A stretch of 60,202 bases of DNA from Isosphaeraceae bacterium (GTDB taxonomy: Bacteria; Planctomycetota; Planctomycetia; Isosphaerales; Isosphaeraceae). The translations under genes were made by a program, and so were the position numbers. Shown here in pieces: positions 35,237 through 45,178 of the stretch; within the stretch, counting starts at the first letter, position 1, and every line of letters starts with the position of its first letter. The stretch covers positions 1 to 60,202 of the forward strand of contig DAHWFG010000348.1 of the NCBI GenBank assembly GCA_027325115.1, read 5' to 3'. The notes under the pieces are model-generated. The model was not told the DNA's origin. It saw only the letters and a program-made list of their open reading frames with translations, and searched no databases.

Positions 35237-36088
35237 TCAATCTTCGATCGAAGAATCGTCCTCGGGGATGAAGCCGAGCAGTTCCTCGGCGGCGGTCAGA
35301 TCCCAGCGCGAGCCCCGGTTGTTGGAAAGCCCGTTGACCACGACGAACGAAAGCGCGTCGAAATCGGCCTCGACGGCTCGTCCGAAGAGCCGGACGAGGT
35401 CTTTATTGGAGAGCCAAAGCGATCGCGCCCATGGATCGGGGAGCGTGGCGGGGGAGTTCCTGCCGATTTGAACCCAACCGAGCCGAAGCGCGACGAACGT
35501 CATATCAAACGCTCGGGCGAAGCTTTTCCCCAGCCGTTCTCCCATCCATTTCGACGCTCCATACGCGTTATCGGGTCGAGGCGGAAGTTCGACCGTGATC
35601 GGCATATCGTCATATTCGCGGTATCCCCCCATGACGTGGTTCGAGCTCGCGAACACGACGCGTTCGACTCCCGCGAGCGCCGCGGCGTTAAGCACGTTCG
35701 CAATCGCGTCGAGATTCGGCCCCTCGAGTTCGTGCCAAGGGGCGAATTCGTTCGAATCGGCCGCCAGATGCACGACCGTATCGACCTCCTCAAAATAGGA
35801 AGCCCATTCTTCATCATAAATCGATAAGTCGGCGACGTAGATCTCTCCGGTGTCGTCGTCGTTACGATCAATAAGCACAAGATCATAAAGATCGGCCCAC
35901 GCGACGCGGAGCTTGCGGCCGATATCGCCGCAGGCGCCCGTGATCAGCACCGAACGCCGCGCGTCGTCGAATTCGTCGTCATCGAACTCGTCGTCGATCT
36001 CCTCGGCGGCGATCACCGTCAACTCGGGCAATTTCCGATTCGGCGTCGCCGTGGTTTCATCGATCGCGTCGGGATCGTCGCCGTTCAT
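35237..36088 (-). CDS. NAD-dependent epimerase/dehydratase (extended SDR) with an acidic N-terminal extension
   Basis: It has the Rossmann motif VLITGACGDIG and the catalytic YxxxK in NAYGASKWMGE. The N-terminal ~45 aa are Asp/Glu-rich (EEIDDEFDDDEFDD). Confidence 0.75.
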   Translation of the reverse strand: MNGDDPDAIDETTATPNRKLPELTVIAAEEIDDEFDDDEFDDARRSVLITGACGDIGRKLRVAWADLYDLVLIDRNDDDTGEIYVADLSIYDEEWASYFEEVDTVVHLAADSNEFAPWHELEGPNLDAIANVLNAAALAGVERVVFASSNHVMGGYREYDDMPITVELPPRPDNAYGASKWMGERLGKSFARAFDMTFVALRLGWVQIGRNSPATLPDPWARSLWLSNKDLVRLFGRAVEADFDALSFVVVNGLSNNRGSRWDLTAAEELLGFIPEDDSSIED

Positions 36089-36147
36089 GGCCTTTTTTCC
36101 TCAAAGGATGACCGACCCGCGAATCGCGATCCGCGAGCGTCGAATCG

Positions 36148-37119
36148 TCATGTGACTGCGCAGAGAGTTCGTGCCGATTGAATTTGCCGCGAGAACGGCT
36201 CCCACCATTCACCCGCGTTGCGGGTTCGCCACATCTCTCCCGAATCGAACGCCACGAGCGCGAATTCGGTCGCCGCGGAATCGTGGCGAATGTCGATGAT
36301 GGAATCGAACTCGAGCCGCTCGGGGAATCCCCTGCGAACATGACTCCACGTTTTGCCGCGATCCTTCGATTCGTAAAGCGCGAATCCGAGGGGAACCTTT
36401 TTGCCGGGGGACGACGCTTCGATTCCCCCCTTGGGCGCCGCACCCGCGAGCAAGAGATTGGGGTCGTCGGGATCGATCGCGACGACGCGCGCGTATCGCG
36501 CCGATTCAAGCCCTTTGCTTCGATCAGCCCACGTTTCGCCGCCGTCTTCGCTGATCCAAACGCCGTCGCTCGTCGCCGCGACGACGAGCCCCGCTCCCTC
36601 TCCCGCGACTCGAACCGAGAAAATGTCGTTCGGCAAGCCGGCGCACGGCTTCCAAGAGGCGCCCGAATCGCCGCTCCGCCAGAGGCCTTTGCCGCTAATC
36701 GCCGCGTACCAAACCGCGGAATCGGGCTTGCCCTGCGTCAGAACCCGCACAAACGGAGGAGGGCTTGATGAATCGGGCTCGATCGCGGGCTCGGGGAGCT
36801 TCGTCCACGCCTTCGCGGAACCGAACACGCGAAAGTAAAGCGAAAGCGGCTTGAACGCGACGACGATGGGAGCTTCGAGACCGCTTCCCGTCGCGATCGC
36901 GGTCGGTCGCGTCGTTCCCTCAGGCGCGGGAATCACTCGCCAAGAGAGACCGTTGTCGCGACTTTCCAAAATCGCGCCCCCGTCGTCGATCACCGTGAGC
37001 GACCCGCCCCCCGACGACGCCATGTGCTTGATCGCGCGGTGCTGCAGGCTGTGAAAGACGGGCCAAGGCCCTCCCTGAAACCAACGATGAATTCCGTCGT
37101 CCGTTCCAATTAAAATCAT
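36148..37119 (-). CDS. BNR/Asp-box repeat beta-propeller protein
   Basis: It has five Asp-box-like repeats: SRDNGLSW, SGDSGASW, SEDGGETW, SKDRGKTW and TRNAGEWW. Confidence 0.7.
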   Translation of the reverse strand: MILIGTDDGIHRWFQGGPWPVFHSLQHRAIKHMASSGGGSLTVIDDGGAILESRDNGLSWRVIPAPEGTTRPTAIATGSGLEAPIVVAFKPLSLYFRVFGSAKAWTKLPEPAIEPDSSSPPPFVRVLTQGKPDSAVWYAAISGKGLWRSGDSGASWKPCAGLPNDIFSVRVAGEGAGLVVAATSDGVWISEDGGETWADRSKGLESARYARVVAIDPDDPNLLLAGAAPKGGIEASSPGKKVPLGFALYESKDRGKTWSHVRRGFPERLEFDSIIDIRHDSAATEFALVAFDSGEMWRTRNAGEWWEPFSRQIQSARTLCAVT

Positions 37120-37131
37120 GTGATAGCGCCC

Positions 37132-38190
37132 TTAGGTTTTTGATGCAAGCCACTGTTTGAGCTGTGCGAACGCCGCCGCCCCCTGAAACACATGCGCCGC
37201 CGAGAAAAACGCCGAGGCGAAGTTCTCCTCGACGCCGATCGCGCGAAACGCGCGTGACGTTTCAAAGATCGCCGCGTCGACCCCCGCTTTGGGAAAGATC
37301 GGATCCTCGAGCCCGCTCTCACAAAAGAGCCGCCGCGGAGCGATCAGCGACGCCACGTCCGAAGCCTCAAAATATTGAAGAATCCTGGGTACGTAATTAT
37401 CAATACAATGATTGAGGCTGAAGATCGAATCGCGGTACGTGCAAAACGACCCCGAGAGGACGGTCGAATGCACGCGAAGATCGAGCGCGGCGGAGTATAA
37501 CGCCACGGCGCCACCTCCCGATATCCCCATCAAAACGATCTTCTCGCGATCAACCTCGGGACGTGTCGACAGCAGATCGATCGCCTTGAGGACATCCCAA
37601 ACCCGCCAGCCGATCATCGATTCGCCAAGCAAGAGCGCCGCACCCGACGCCGTTTGACAACTGCTCGTCGACGCTCCCGCCCGGCACGACGCGGAATCAC
37701 GCCGATGACCGAATCCAAGCATCTCGAGAGCGAATGTCACGTAACCACGATCCACACATTGCAGCGCAAAATCATGTTGATATCCGTCGTAATGATCGCG
37801 CTCGTCGCCGTTTTCCTCGATCCCCACGATCTCGTCGATTCCGCGACCGTGACCGGGAAGGCAAATGACCGCGGGGCTCGGCTTCACGACCGAATCGGGT
37901 ATAAGAAGATAACCGATCGCTGATAGGTTCAATCGCGTGTTGAACGTCACCAATCGCCGCGTATAACCCTTTTTCTTCACGGGCGTTTCAAACCGAGCGT
38001 CGAGATCGATCGTTTTCTCGGGAAACGATCCGATCAGATCGACGAGCTTGGCTCGCGCCTCGTTTTGCCAAACGTAAGCGTCGGCCGCGGTCTGGGCGCG
38101 GAACGCCATCTTTCTCGTCGTTTCGCGATAACGCGAAAGTGCGTAGGCGAGCGAGTCAAAACGATCAGATCGAGGAGTCGGACCAGGCAT
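37132..38190 (-). CDS. Alpha/beta hydrolase (acetyl-xylan-esterase/dienelactone-hydrolase-like)
   Basis: It has the nucleophile elbow VLMGISGGGAVAL, an oxyanion region VICLPGHGRG and a C-terminal His region. The start is 12 nt from the downstream gene. Confidence 0.65.
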   Translation of the reverse strand: MPGPTPRSDRFDSLAYALSRYRETTRKMAFRAQTAADAYVWQNEARAKLVDLIGSFPEKTIDLDARFETPVKKKGYTRRLVTFNTRLNLSAIGYLLIPDSVVKPSPAVICLPGHGRGIDEIVGIEENGDERDHYDGYQHDFALQCVDRGYVTFALEMLGFGHRRDSASCRAGASTSSCQTASGAALLLGESMIGWRVWDVLKAIDLLSTRPEVDREKIVLMGISGGGAVALYSAALDLRVHSTVLSGSFCTYRDSIFSLNHCIDNYVPRILQYFEASDVASLIAPRRLFCESGLEDPIFPKAGVDAAIFETSRAFRAIGVEENFASAFFSAAHVFQGAAAFAQLKQWLASKT

Positions 38191-38675
38191 GGCGAGGTTT
38201 CATTTCCCTATATCGAGCCCGGGGGGAAGCGCTCGTCTCAAATCGACCTGAAGCATAACGCAAGCCGCTTGCGTGGGCAAGGACGAGAACGAACTCGACC
38301 TGTTATCCCGGTTTCCGGGCGCGATTCTCGGGTCGGTCGAGATCGTTCGGAGGCGACTTACGGTATTTGGAGTCGCGCCTCGATCGTTCCAGAAGGCGAT
38401 GCGTCGACGCCGCGCTCCCGACCTCCAATGATGTGGAATCGCGGCGTGATAAATGCCATCATCCAAACCTATCGTCGATCGGAATCGATGCGAACGACGT
38501 CCGGATCATTCGCTCCAAGCCGAGCGATGATCAATCGATCCACGATCGACGCGCCATCGATCGTTGCGGCGCCGAATACGAGACCGTCCGGAATGAAAAC
38601 CGCTGATTCGGCGGGTTTAGACCAATCTTTAATCGTAAGATCATGTAAGTGTTATATTGATAATTAAATATATTT

Positions 38676-38963
38676 ATGCAATTCATACTCATCCAGGCGA
38701 TTCAAAACCCCCTACAATTCGGCATGACCAAAATCCAGCACGATCGGATTCCCGAGGATCGACAAGCAATGATCAGCCTGCCGATCATGAGTTATTCTCA
38801 CGATTCGGGTACAACGATCAGCGAACCGATCGGAACACTTGCACTTGAAACGTCGACGCATCCGGCCGATACTCAATGGATGGAACAAGGCTTTCAGGTT
38901 TCGGAGAATGTGTCGAAACGCCTCGCTCTCTGGGAAACTGTGATTCGTCGGCTCCTCAATTGA
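38676..38963 (+). CDS. Small hypothetical ORF (95 aa) in a lower-GC island
   Basis: This is an ATG ORF after an AT-rich stretch, with no clear RBS. Third-position GC is about 50% by hand count, below the neighbours. No family was recognised. Confidence 0.2.
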   Translation: MQFILIQAIQNPLQFGMTKIQHDRIPEDRQAMISLPIMSYSHDSGTTISEPIGTLALETSTHPADTQWMEQGFQVSENVSKRLALWETVIRRLLN

Positions 38964-38993
38964 TGAGATCTGTTCCGTTCTGGAGGAATCGCC

Positions 38994-39224
38994 ATGTCCG
39001 ACCCCGTTGTTGACGCTTCGGAATCATATCGCGAACCCGATCGCGACCGTACCCGAACCGATTCGTCCGATCAACATAGATATATAGACGAATACGGTCT
39101 GCGGCTTCCTGGACCGGGACATCTTCCAACCAAGGAAATCTCACCGGGAGTTTATCTCGTCACGGAAGATTTTTACAAGCCGACGAGCTATTTCGCACCG
39201 GCTCGACATGCCGCTCACAAATAA
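38994..39224 (+). CDS. Small hypothetical ORF (76 aa)
   Basis: Its ATG is preceded by GGAGG with a 6-nt spacer, and it sits in tandem 30 nt after the previous small ORF. No family was recognised. Confidence 0.25.
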   Translation: MSDPVVDASESYREPDRDRTRTDSSDQHRYIDEYGLRLPGPGHLPTKEISPGVYLVTEDFYKPTSYFAPARHAAHK

Positions 39225-39680
39225 CGGTAACCGAAATCGTCATCTCGTCGACGGTTCGGCGTGGAGGAATCGCGACGATAACGGAACTTCCGGCCGGCGC
39301 GGAACTTTCGGCGGACGTGCGGCAAATCTGGGCCGCATGAACAGGTTACAAGGCCTACGACGATCGCCGATCGCGGGATGGAGAAGGCGCTCGCCGATTT
39401 GCCCGATGTGCTTCTGAGAGATTGGGGTTAATGCAATCTGGATCGGTTTGTGGCGAGTCGTCGTGCGGACCTTTCGCAACCGGGTGGATCGGTCGGCGGC
39501 GGTTTGTGAAAATACGTAGAAGGGGAGCGTCTCGGACGATCGTTCCGGTGAAGGTTTGTTTGTCATGTCGCCCAAGCGACGTGCGGAATCGGCGTTACGA
39601 TCTTGCCGGATTTGACCGTGACGACTATGATTATCATGAAGTCGCCCGTTCCACCCTTCCTTACTTGCGGAAGTCTCACA

Positions 39681-41768
39681 ATGCCGAAGATTCCCTTCCG
39701 TCGACCGAGGGTTTGGATCGTTTCCGGGGTGCTGATCGCGGTTGTCGTCGCGATCATCGGCGCTCAGGCCCCTCCGCTCCAAGACACCCCGATCGATCAG
39801 CTTACGGCGAACATCGTCGTCTCGCTGCTTACCAAAAATCATCTGTCCAAGCCCAAACTTGACGATGAAATCTCGCAGCGTTGGTTCAAAAATTTCCTCA
39901 AAGCTCTCGACCCTCAAAAGTATTACTTTGAAACCGCCGATCTTGAACGCTTTCAGGCGATGTCGACGAAGCTCGACGATCAGATCAAGACGGGGGATCT
40001 TTCGTTCGCCAAAGACGTGTTCCGGGTTTTCGTCGATCGATCCGACGAACGTTATGCGCTCGTTCAAAAGTTGCTGAAGGAGAAGCCTGATTATTCGATC
40101 GATGAATCGATCGTCGACGATCATGACAAGCTTGAATACGGCGATAAGAAGTCGGTCGAGGATCGGTGGCGGAAGCGGATCAAGCTCGATCTTCTTGAAC
40201 TCAAGGTCGATGGCGTCGACTCCGCCGAGGCCGTCAAGAAAATGTCGGTACGCTATCACGATCGCAATCGAGCCGTGCATCAGATCGACATGACGGATCT
40301 TCTTGAGATCTATCTGACGAGTCTGGCGACATCGCTCGACGCGCATTCAAGCTACATGGGTTCGAAGACGGTTGAAGACTTGATGCAGCAATTGCATCTT
40401 TCGCTCGAAGGGATTGGCGCGTCGTTGATGTCTGAGGACGGGTTCGCTGTCGTCGCCGAGGTGATACCCGGCGGCGCCGCGGACCGCGACGGCCGGCTTC
40501 AAACCGAGGACAAGATCGTCGCGATCCAGAAAGACGACGGCGAGGAGATTGATCTCGTCGAGAAGAAGCTGAGCGACGTCGTGCGGCACATTCGCGGCAA
40601 ACGAGGCACCAAGGTTCGCCTCGTCGTTCAACCATCGGGAACGAAAGAACGGAAGATTTACGAGATCACCCGCGACGTTGTGCAACTGAGCGACGCGCAC
40701 GCCAAATCGAAGATCGTCACGGCGAAGGGTGAAGCGGGCAAAGAAGTTAAGATCGGCGTGATCAGCCTCCCCTCGTTTTACGGCGATAACGAAGGGTTGC
40801 GAAACAACGACCCCGCCGCGGTTAGCGCCACCAAGGATTGCCGAGCATTCCTCGAAGAGTTCAAGAAAGCGAAAGTGGACGCGGTTTTGATCGATCTGCG
40901 GGGTAACGGCGGCGGGCTATTGACCGAGGCGATCTCGCTTTCCGGCCTGTTCATCAACAGCGGGCCGGTTGTTCAGGTGCGCGACGCTCAAAACTTGAAG
41001 GAGCTCGACGACGACGACGACGCGATCACTTACACCGGTCCGCTCGCGGTGTTGATCGATCATCAGAGCGCCAGCGCCTCGGAGATTTTCGCCGGCGTGA
41101 TTCGCGATTACGGCCGAGGATTGATCGTCGGAGATTCGAGCACGTTCGGCAAAGGGACGGTTCAAAGTATTATTGATTTAAGTGAACGTCTTCGCGATCA
41201 AGGGATTCCCAACCTGGGCGCGCTCAAGCTGACGATTCAGCAGTTTTATCGAGCCAACGGCGAGAGCACGCAAATCAAAGGCGTTCCCCCGCACATTCAT
41301 CTTCCTTCGTTGCTCGATCATCTCGATTTCGGCGAAGGCAAGATGGATAACGCTCTCAAGTATGATAAGATCAAAGCGCTTCAGCATGAGAAATTCGACC
41401 GTACGCCCGCCGATCTCGTGACCGAGCTTGACGCACGATCGGCCGAGCGACGGAAGTCGAACGAGAAGTTCCAGAAGCTCGACGATCAGATCAAAAAACT
41501 GACGGCTCGGAAGGAGCGGCACACGATCTTTTTGAACGAGGCGAAGTATCGCGCCGAATACATTTCTCCCGACGACAATCCGACGGGGCCGGGGCAGCAC
41601 TCGACCAAACCGGGAGAGAAAGACAAACCGAAAAAACGCTTCACCGATCGGGTCGCCTGGGAATCGAACTTCTATAACGATGAAGTCTTATCGATCGTCG
41701 CCGATTACGTCACCCTTGGGGCGAAACACATCGCGGCGACGGGTGTGAAGCCCAGCGATAAGAATTAA
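39681..41768 (+). CDS. S41-family carboxy-terminal processing (tail-specific) protease with a PDZ domain
   Basis: Signal anchor: MPKIPFRRPRVWIVSGVLIAVVVAIIG. A PDZ-like region is followed by LIDLRGNGGGLL, DHQSASASEIFAG (catalytic Ser) and SSTFGKGTVQ (catalytic Lys). The start was chosen at 39681. Confidence 0.85.
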   Translation: MPKIPFRRPRVWIVSGVLIAVVVAIIGAQAPPLQDTPIDQLTANIVVSLLTKNHLSKPKLDDEISQRWFKNFLKALDPQKYYFETADLERFQAMSTKLDDQIKTGDLSFAKDVFRVFVDRSDERYALVQKLLKEKPDYSIDESIVDDHDKLEYGDKKSVEDRWRKRIKLDLLELKVDGVDSAEAVKKMSVRYHDRNRAVHQIDMTDLLEIYLTSLATSLDAHSSYMGSKTVEDLMQQLHLSLEGIGASLMSEDGFAVVAEVIPGGAADRDGRLQTEDKIVAIQKDDGEEIDLVEKKLSDVVRHIRGKRGTKVRLVVQPSGTKERKIYEITRDVVQLSDAHAKSKIVTAKGEAGKEVKIGVISLPSFYGDNEGLRNNDPAAVSATKDCRAFLEEFKKAKVDAVLIDLRGNGGGLLTEAISLSGLFINSGPVVQVRDAQNLKELDDDDDAITYTGPLAVLIDHQSASASEIFAGVIRDYGRGLIVGDSSTFGKGTVQSIIDLSERLRDQGIPNLGALKLTIQQFYRANGESTQIKGVPPHIHLPSLLDHLDFGEGKMDNALKYDKIKALQHEKFDRTPADLVTELDARSAERRKSNEKFQKLDDQIKKLTARKERHTIFLNEAKYRAEYISPDDNPTGPGQHSTKPGEKDKPKKRFTDRVAWESNFYNDEVLSIVADYVTLGAKHIAATGVKPSDKN

Positions 41769-41819
41769 ACCGACGCCGCGGCGATAAGTTCATTTCGCCG
41801 AGGGTTCGAGATTCATCAA

Positions 41820-41846
41820 GGGGACGCATGAGACGTCCCCTTTTTT
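41820..41846 (+). terminator. Rho-independent terminator after the protease gene
   Basis: The stem is GGGGACG (41820-41826) paired with CGTCCCC (41834-41840), with a 7-nt loop and then TTTTTT (41841-46). It lies about 50 nt after the stop. Confidence 0.75.
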
Positions 41847-42076
41847 ATTATGTTCGAGGAGGGTGAAGATTCGCCGGTCAAAAAGAATTCTTTATGCCGT
41901 CATAATATTATAGAATTGTATAAAATCGATTAAAAGCCCCTCGCTTGTGCTTCGGGTCGGTATTTCGGGTTTGATTTTCGGAAGGCGAGCGTTCGATCAT
42001 TTCGCATTCATAACGCTTTTTAGTGATCGGCGACGCCGGCCCGATATGAACATAATCGCCGTTGAAACGCCGTCGG

Positions 42077-45000
42077 TTACTTCGAATCGGCGGTATCGGA
42101 TTTTGATCCACCGCGGATAAATGCGATCAGGTCGGCGAGATCGCTCTTCGAGACGTCTTTCTCGAGCCCCTCGGGCATCAGCGATACGCCCGACGACCTG
42201 ATCTCGGCGATCCGCGATCGAGGGATTTCGTCGCGAACCCCCTCGGCTCGTCTGAGCGTGATCGAGCCCGGCGATTCGGCGGCGATGATCCCCGTGATCA
42301 CGACCCCGTCGGTCGTCGCAACCGTGTAATTGAGATATACCGGTGCGACTTCGCGATTCGGATCGAGGATGTGAATCAATAGATCGTCTCCCGATCGCGC
42401 CGCGACCGTCGCCAGATCGGGACCGACGTCCTTTCCTTCTCCTTGTGATTTATGACATGTCGAACACACTTTCATGAACACTAGACGCCCCCGTTTCGAA
42501 TCGGCGGGAAGCGAGAGAGCGTCGCGGTAGGATGCGATCGCTTTCAAACGAGCGTCGCGGGTTGCGGGTTCGAACAGCTTGGCGGCGCGCGTTCGAATCG
42601 CCGGATCGGCGTGCTCGCGGAGCGATCGTCGCCGCGTCGGATCGATCTCGGCCGCGGCGATCCGTTTCATTTCGATCGCATCAAGCAGTGAAACGATCCG
42701 CTCCTTCCTCGCGAACAGCGTCTCCAACGCCTCGCGACGCACCGCGGGACTGAGAGCCGGCTCGCGCTCGATCAGAATCGAGGCGACGCTCGGATCGCGC
42801 TCTCGACCCAAGATTCGGATCGCCTCGAGTTGAACGTCGATCGAACGCGAGGCGTCAATGAGCCGGGGAACTTCGGCCAAAACCGTCTCGGAGGGAGCGA
42901 ATGCGATCGTCCGCAACGCCGATAATAAATCCGTTTCAGATTCGGCTATTTTTAAAAAATGAACCGCTTGTTTGATCATTGGTTCTAATAAATGTCGATC
43001 CTCACGATCGACGATCGCACGTAGCGATCCCCCCGCTCTTGCGGCGCCTCGATTCAATCCCTCGGCGATCTCAAGCGTCAATCGCGACGATAACGCGGGA
43101 TTCGCTTGAATCCGCTCAAGCGTCCCAACGATCGTGCGGGGATCGCCTTCGAAGCCGATCAGCGAACAGCATTCCCCGGCGAGGCGTAACCCGGCGGGAG
43201 AGTTCATCCATTTGGAGTCATGCTTAATTAAGGCGAATAAAAATGTATCGGCTCGTCGCTTGAGGCCGGTTTGGATCGCCGTTCGGGTCCACGCATCGTC
43301 GCCGGCTTGAATCGCGATTCGCGCGAGCGCTTCGACAGCGTCGGTTCCCTCGAGATCGCCGATCGAGAGCGCCGCCTGGAAACGAACCGACGCGTCGGCG
43401 TCCAGGGCGGTCTTCAAAAGCGATCGTCGCACGCGAACGTCGCTCGTCGCGAACTTGCGCGCAAGGATAACAGCCTGCTCGCGAACGAGTTCGTCGGAAT
43501 CATCGAGTGTGGAAATCAAATCATCTGGAATCAATCCGTTAAACACATCTAAAAGCCAAATGGATTCAATGCGTGCGATTGCGTTATTACGAATGCGCAA
43601 CGCTTTACGCAGCATTGGAATCGTCGCGGGGTCGCTGCGTTCGGTTAAGAGTCGCCTGGCGATTTCGCGTCGCCTTCCGTTCGGATCGCCCAGCATGTCG
43701 ACGAGTAGGGCGGCGTCGGCCGACCCGAGCCGAAGCGGCGCGGGATGGCGGAATCCGTCGGGAACGATCCTGTAAATCCGTCCGCGATCGCGTCCGCTCG
43801 TCAGGTCAAGATGTTTTTTAATCGGCTCGGGGATTGATTCAGGATGCTCGATCGTCTCGCGATACATGTCGATTACATACAAAGTCCCATCTGATGCGTT
43901 ATAAAAATTCACAGGTCGAAACCAATTATCGGTCGATGCGAGAAATTCGACGCCGGGGTCGGCTCGACGCGCCGCGGGAATCGCTCCCGCGGGTTCGATG
44001 ATTTTACGATGAACCAGATTTCCGCCGACGTCTCCGATAAATGCGTTTCCCCGGTAACTCTCGGGAAACGCCGATCCGCGATAGATCGTCACTCCGGTCG
44101 CCGATGTGAAGAACCCGGTCGCGACGAGTTCGGTGGGGGGCAAGCGTTTGGCGAATGCGGGATCGGCGGCGCGTTCGCGTGTACGGACGACGCGCCACGG
44201 CTCGGCGGCGCTGATCCGAAAAACGGGCGCGGCGCCCCCTTCGACCGCGATATCGGCGATCACCCCGATCGATGTGAACGCGGGATTCCGCGCCGCGTCG
44301 CGGGCTTCAATCGTTATCATCCGGATATGATTGCTATTATTGCACGTGAAGCGTCGTCCGCGATCATCGAACGCGTGACCGAATTGCCCCCCTCCCGAGA
44401 TCGCCTCGAACGCCGATCCGTCGGGCTTGAAGCGAAAATCACGACCTCGAACCGAAACGGGGGGACGATCGGGGTGCGCAAGATCGCGGATTTCGCCGCC
44501 GTTCCCGCCCGACACCCCGTAAATCCATCCGTCGTGTCCCCATAATAAACCATTCAGCAATCCTTGAACATTTTGGGTTCCGAATCCCGTATAAACCTTT
44601 TTATGTACATCGGCAATTCCATCGCCGTCGCGATCTTTGGCGTAAAGGATATCGGGCGCGGCGGCGATGAAAACGCCTCCGTCGTAAACGACGACCGAAG
44701 TGGGCCACGACAATCCGTCCAGGAACGGTTGACTCGTTTCGTATCGACCGTCGCCGTCGCGATCATCGAGCAAACGCACTCCGCCGGTCGGCTTCGTTTC
44801 AGGAAATGGATATCCGCGCATCTCGACGACGTAGAGGCGACCGTTCTCGTCTTCGTCGACCGCGACGGGATCGGCGACCTCGGGCTCGGAGGCGGCGACT
44901 TCGAGCGAAAAGCCGCGATGAATCCGCATCGACGCGAGCGCCTCAACGACCGACTTGCCCGGGATCCTCATCGAACCGCGCGCCGGGGCGATCTCCGCAG

Positions 45001-45115
45001 CGGGAATCGATTTGGTATCGCGAGCCGGTTCGTCGTCGGCGACGTTACCGACGGCTCGATCGAACAATGATAAACCAATCAAGATTAAAAAGGCGAAAAA
45101 TATGTTTCGATTCAT
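42077..45115 (-). CDS. PVC-type heme-binding CxxCH protein (dehydrogenase-like beta-propeller + HEAT repeats + C-terminal cytochrome c)
   Basis: Signal peptide: MNRNIFFAFLILIGLSLF. The C-terminus FMKVCSTCHKSQGEGKDVGPDL...GVSLMPEGLEKDVSKSDLADLIAFI is the Planctomycete cytochrome c domain. The central region is HEAT-like helical. The start was chosen at 45115. Confidence 0.8.
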   Translation of the reverse strand: MNRNIFFAFLILIGLSLFDRAVGNVADDEPARDTKSIPAAEIAPARGSMRIPGKSVVEALASMRIHRGFSLEVAASEPEVADPVAVDEDENGRLYVVEMRGYPFPETKPTGGVRLLDDRDGDGRYETSQPFLDGLSWPTSVVVYDGGVFIAAAPDILYAKDRDGDGIADVHKKVYTGFGTQNVQGLLNGLLWGHDGWIYGVSGGNGGEIRDLAHPDRPPVSVRGRDFRFKPDGSAFEAISGGGQFGHAFDDRGRRFTCNNSNHIRMITIEARDAARNPAFTSIGVIADIAVEGGAAPVFRISAAEPWRVVRTRERAADPAFAKRLPPTELVATGFFTSATGVTIYRGSAFPESYRGNAFIGDVGGNLVHRKIIEPAGAIPAARRADPGVEFLASTDNWFRPVNFYNASDGTLYVIDMYRETIEHPESIPEPIKKHLDLTSGRDRGRIYRIVPDGFRHPAPLRLGSADAALLVDMLGDPNGRRREIARRLLTERSDPATIPMLRKALRIRNNAIARIESIWLLDVFNGLIPDDLISTLDDSDELVREQAVILARKFATSDVRVRRSLLKTALDADASVRFQAALSIGDLEGTDAVEALARIAIQAGDDAWTRTAIQTGLKRRADTFLFALIKHDSKWMNSPAGLRLAGECCSLIGFEGDPRTIVGTLERIQANPALSSRLTLEIAEGLNRGAARAGGSLRAIVDREDRHLLEPMIKQAVHFLKIAESETDLLSALRTIAFAPSETVLAEVPRLIDASRSIDVQLEAIRILGRERDPSVASILIEREPALSPAVRREALETLFARKERIVSLLDAIEMKRIAAAEIDPTRRRSLREHADPAIRTRAAKLFEPATRDARLKAIASYRDALSLPADSKRGRLVFMKVCSTCHKSQGEGKDVGPDLATVAARSGDDLLIHILDPNREVAPVYLNYTVATTDGVVITGIIAAESPGSITLRRAEGVRDEIPRSRIAEIRSSGVSLMPEGLEKDVSKSDLADLIAFIRGGSKSDTADSK

Positions 45116-45178
45116 GATCGATCTCGGCGGGAATGACGCGCGGGGGCGAACGATATAAATATACAAATACTTAAACCG

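Noticed and set aside
39240-40346. 368-aa minus-strand ORF
   Set aside because: It is mostly antisense to the S41 protease, which has unmistakable catalytic motifs. Its own sequence is low-information and Arg-rich.
41795-41815. tRNA T-loop-like string (GGTTCGAG) near the protease terminator
   Set aside because: No acceptor or anticodon arms can be built around it. I found no other tRNA-, rRNA-, tmRNA- or RNase P-like signatures in the window.
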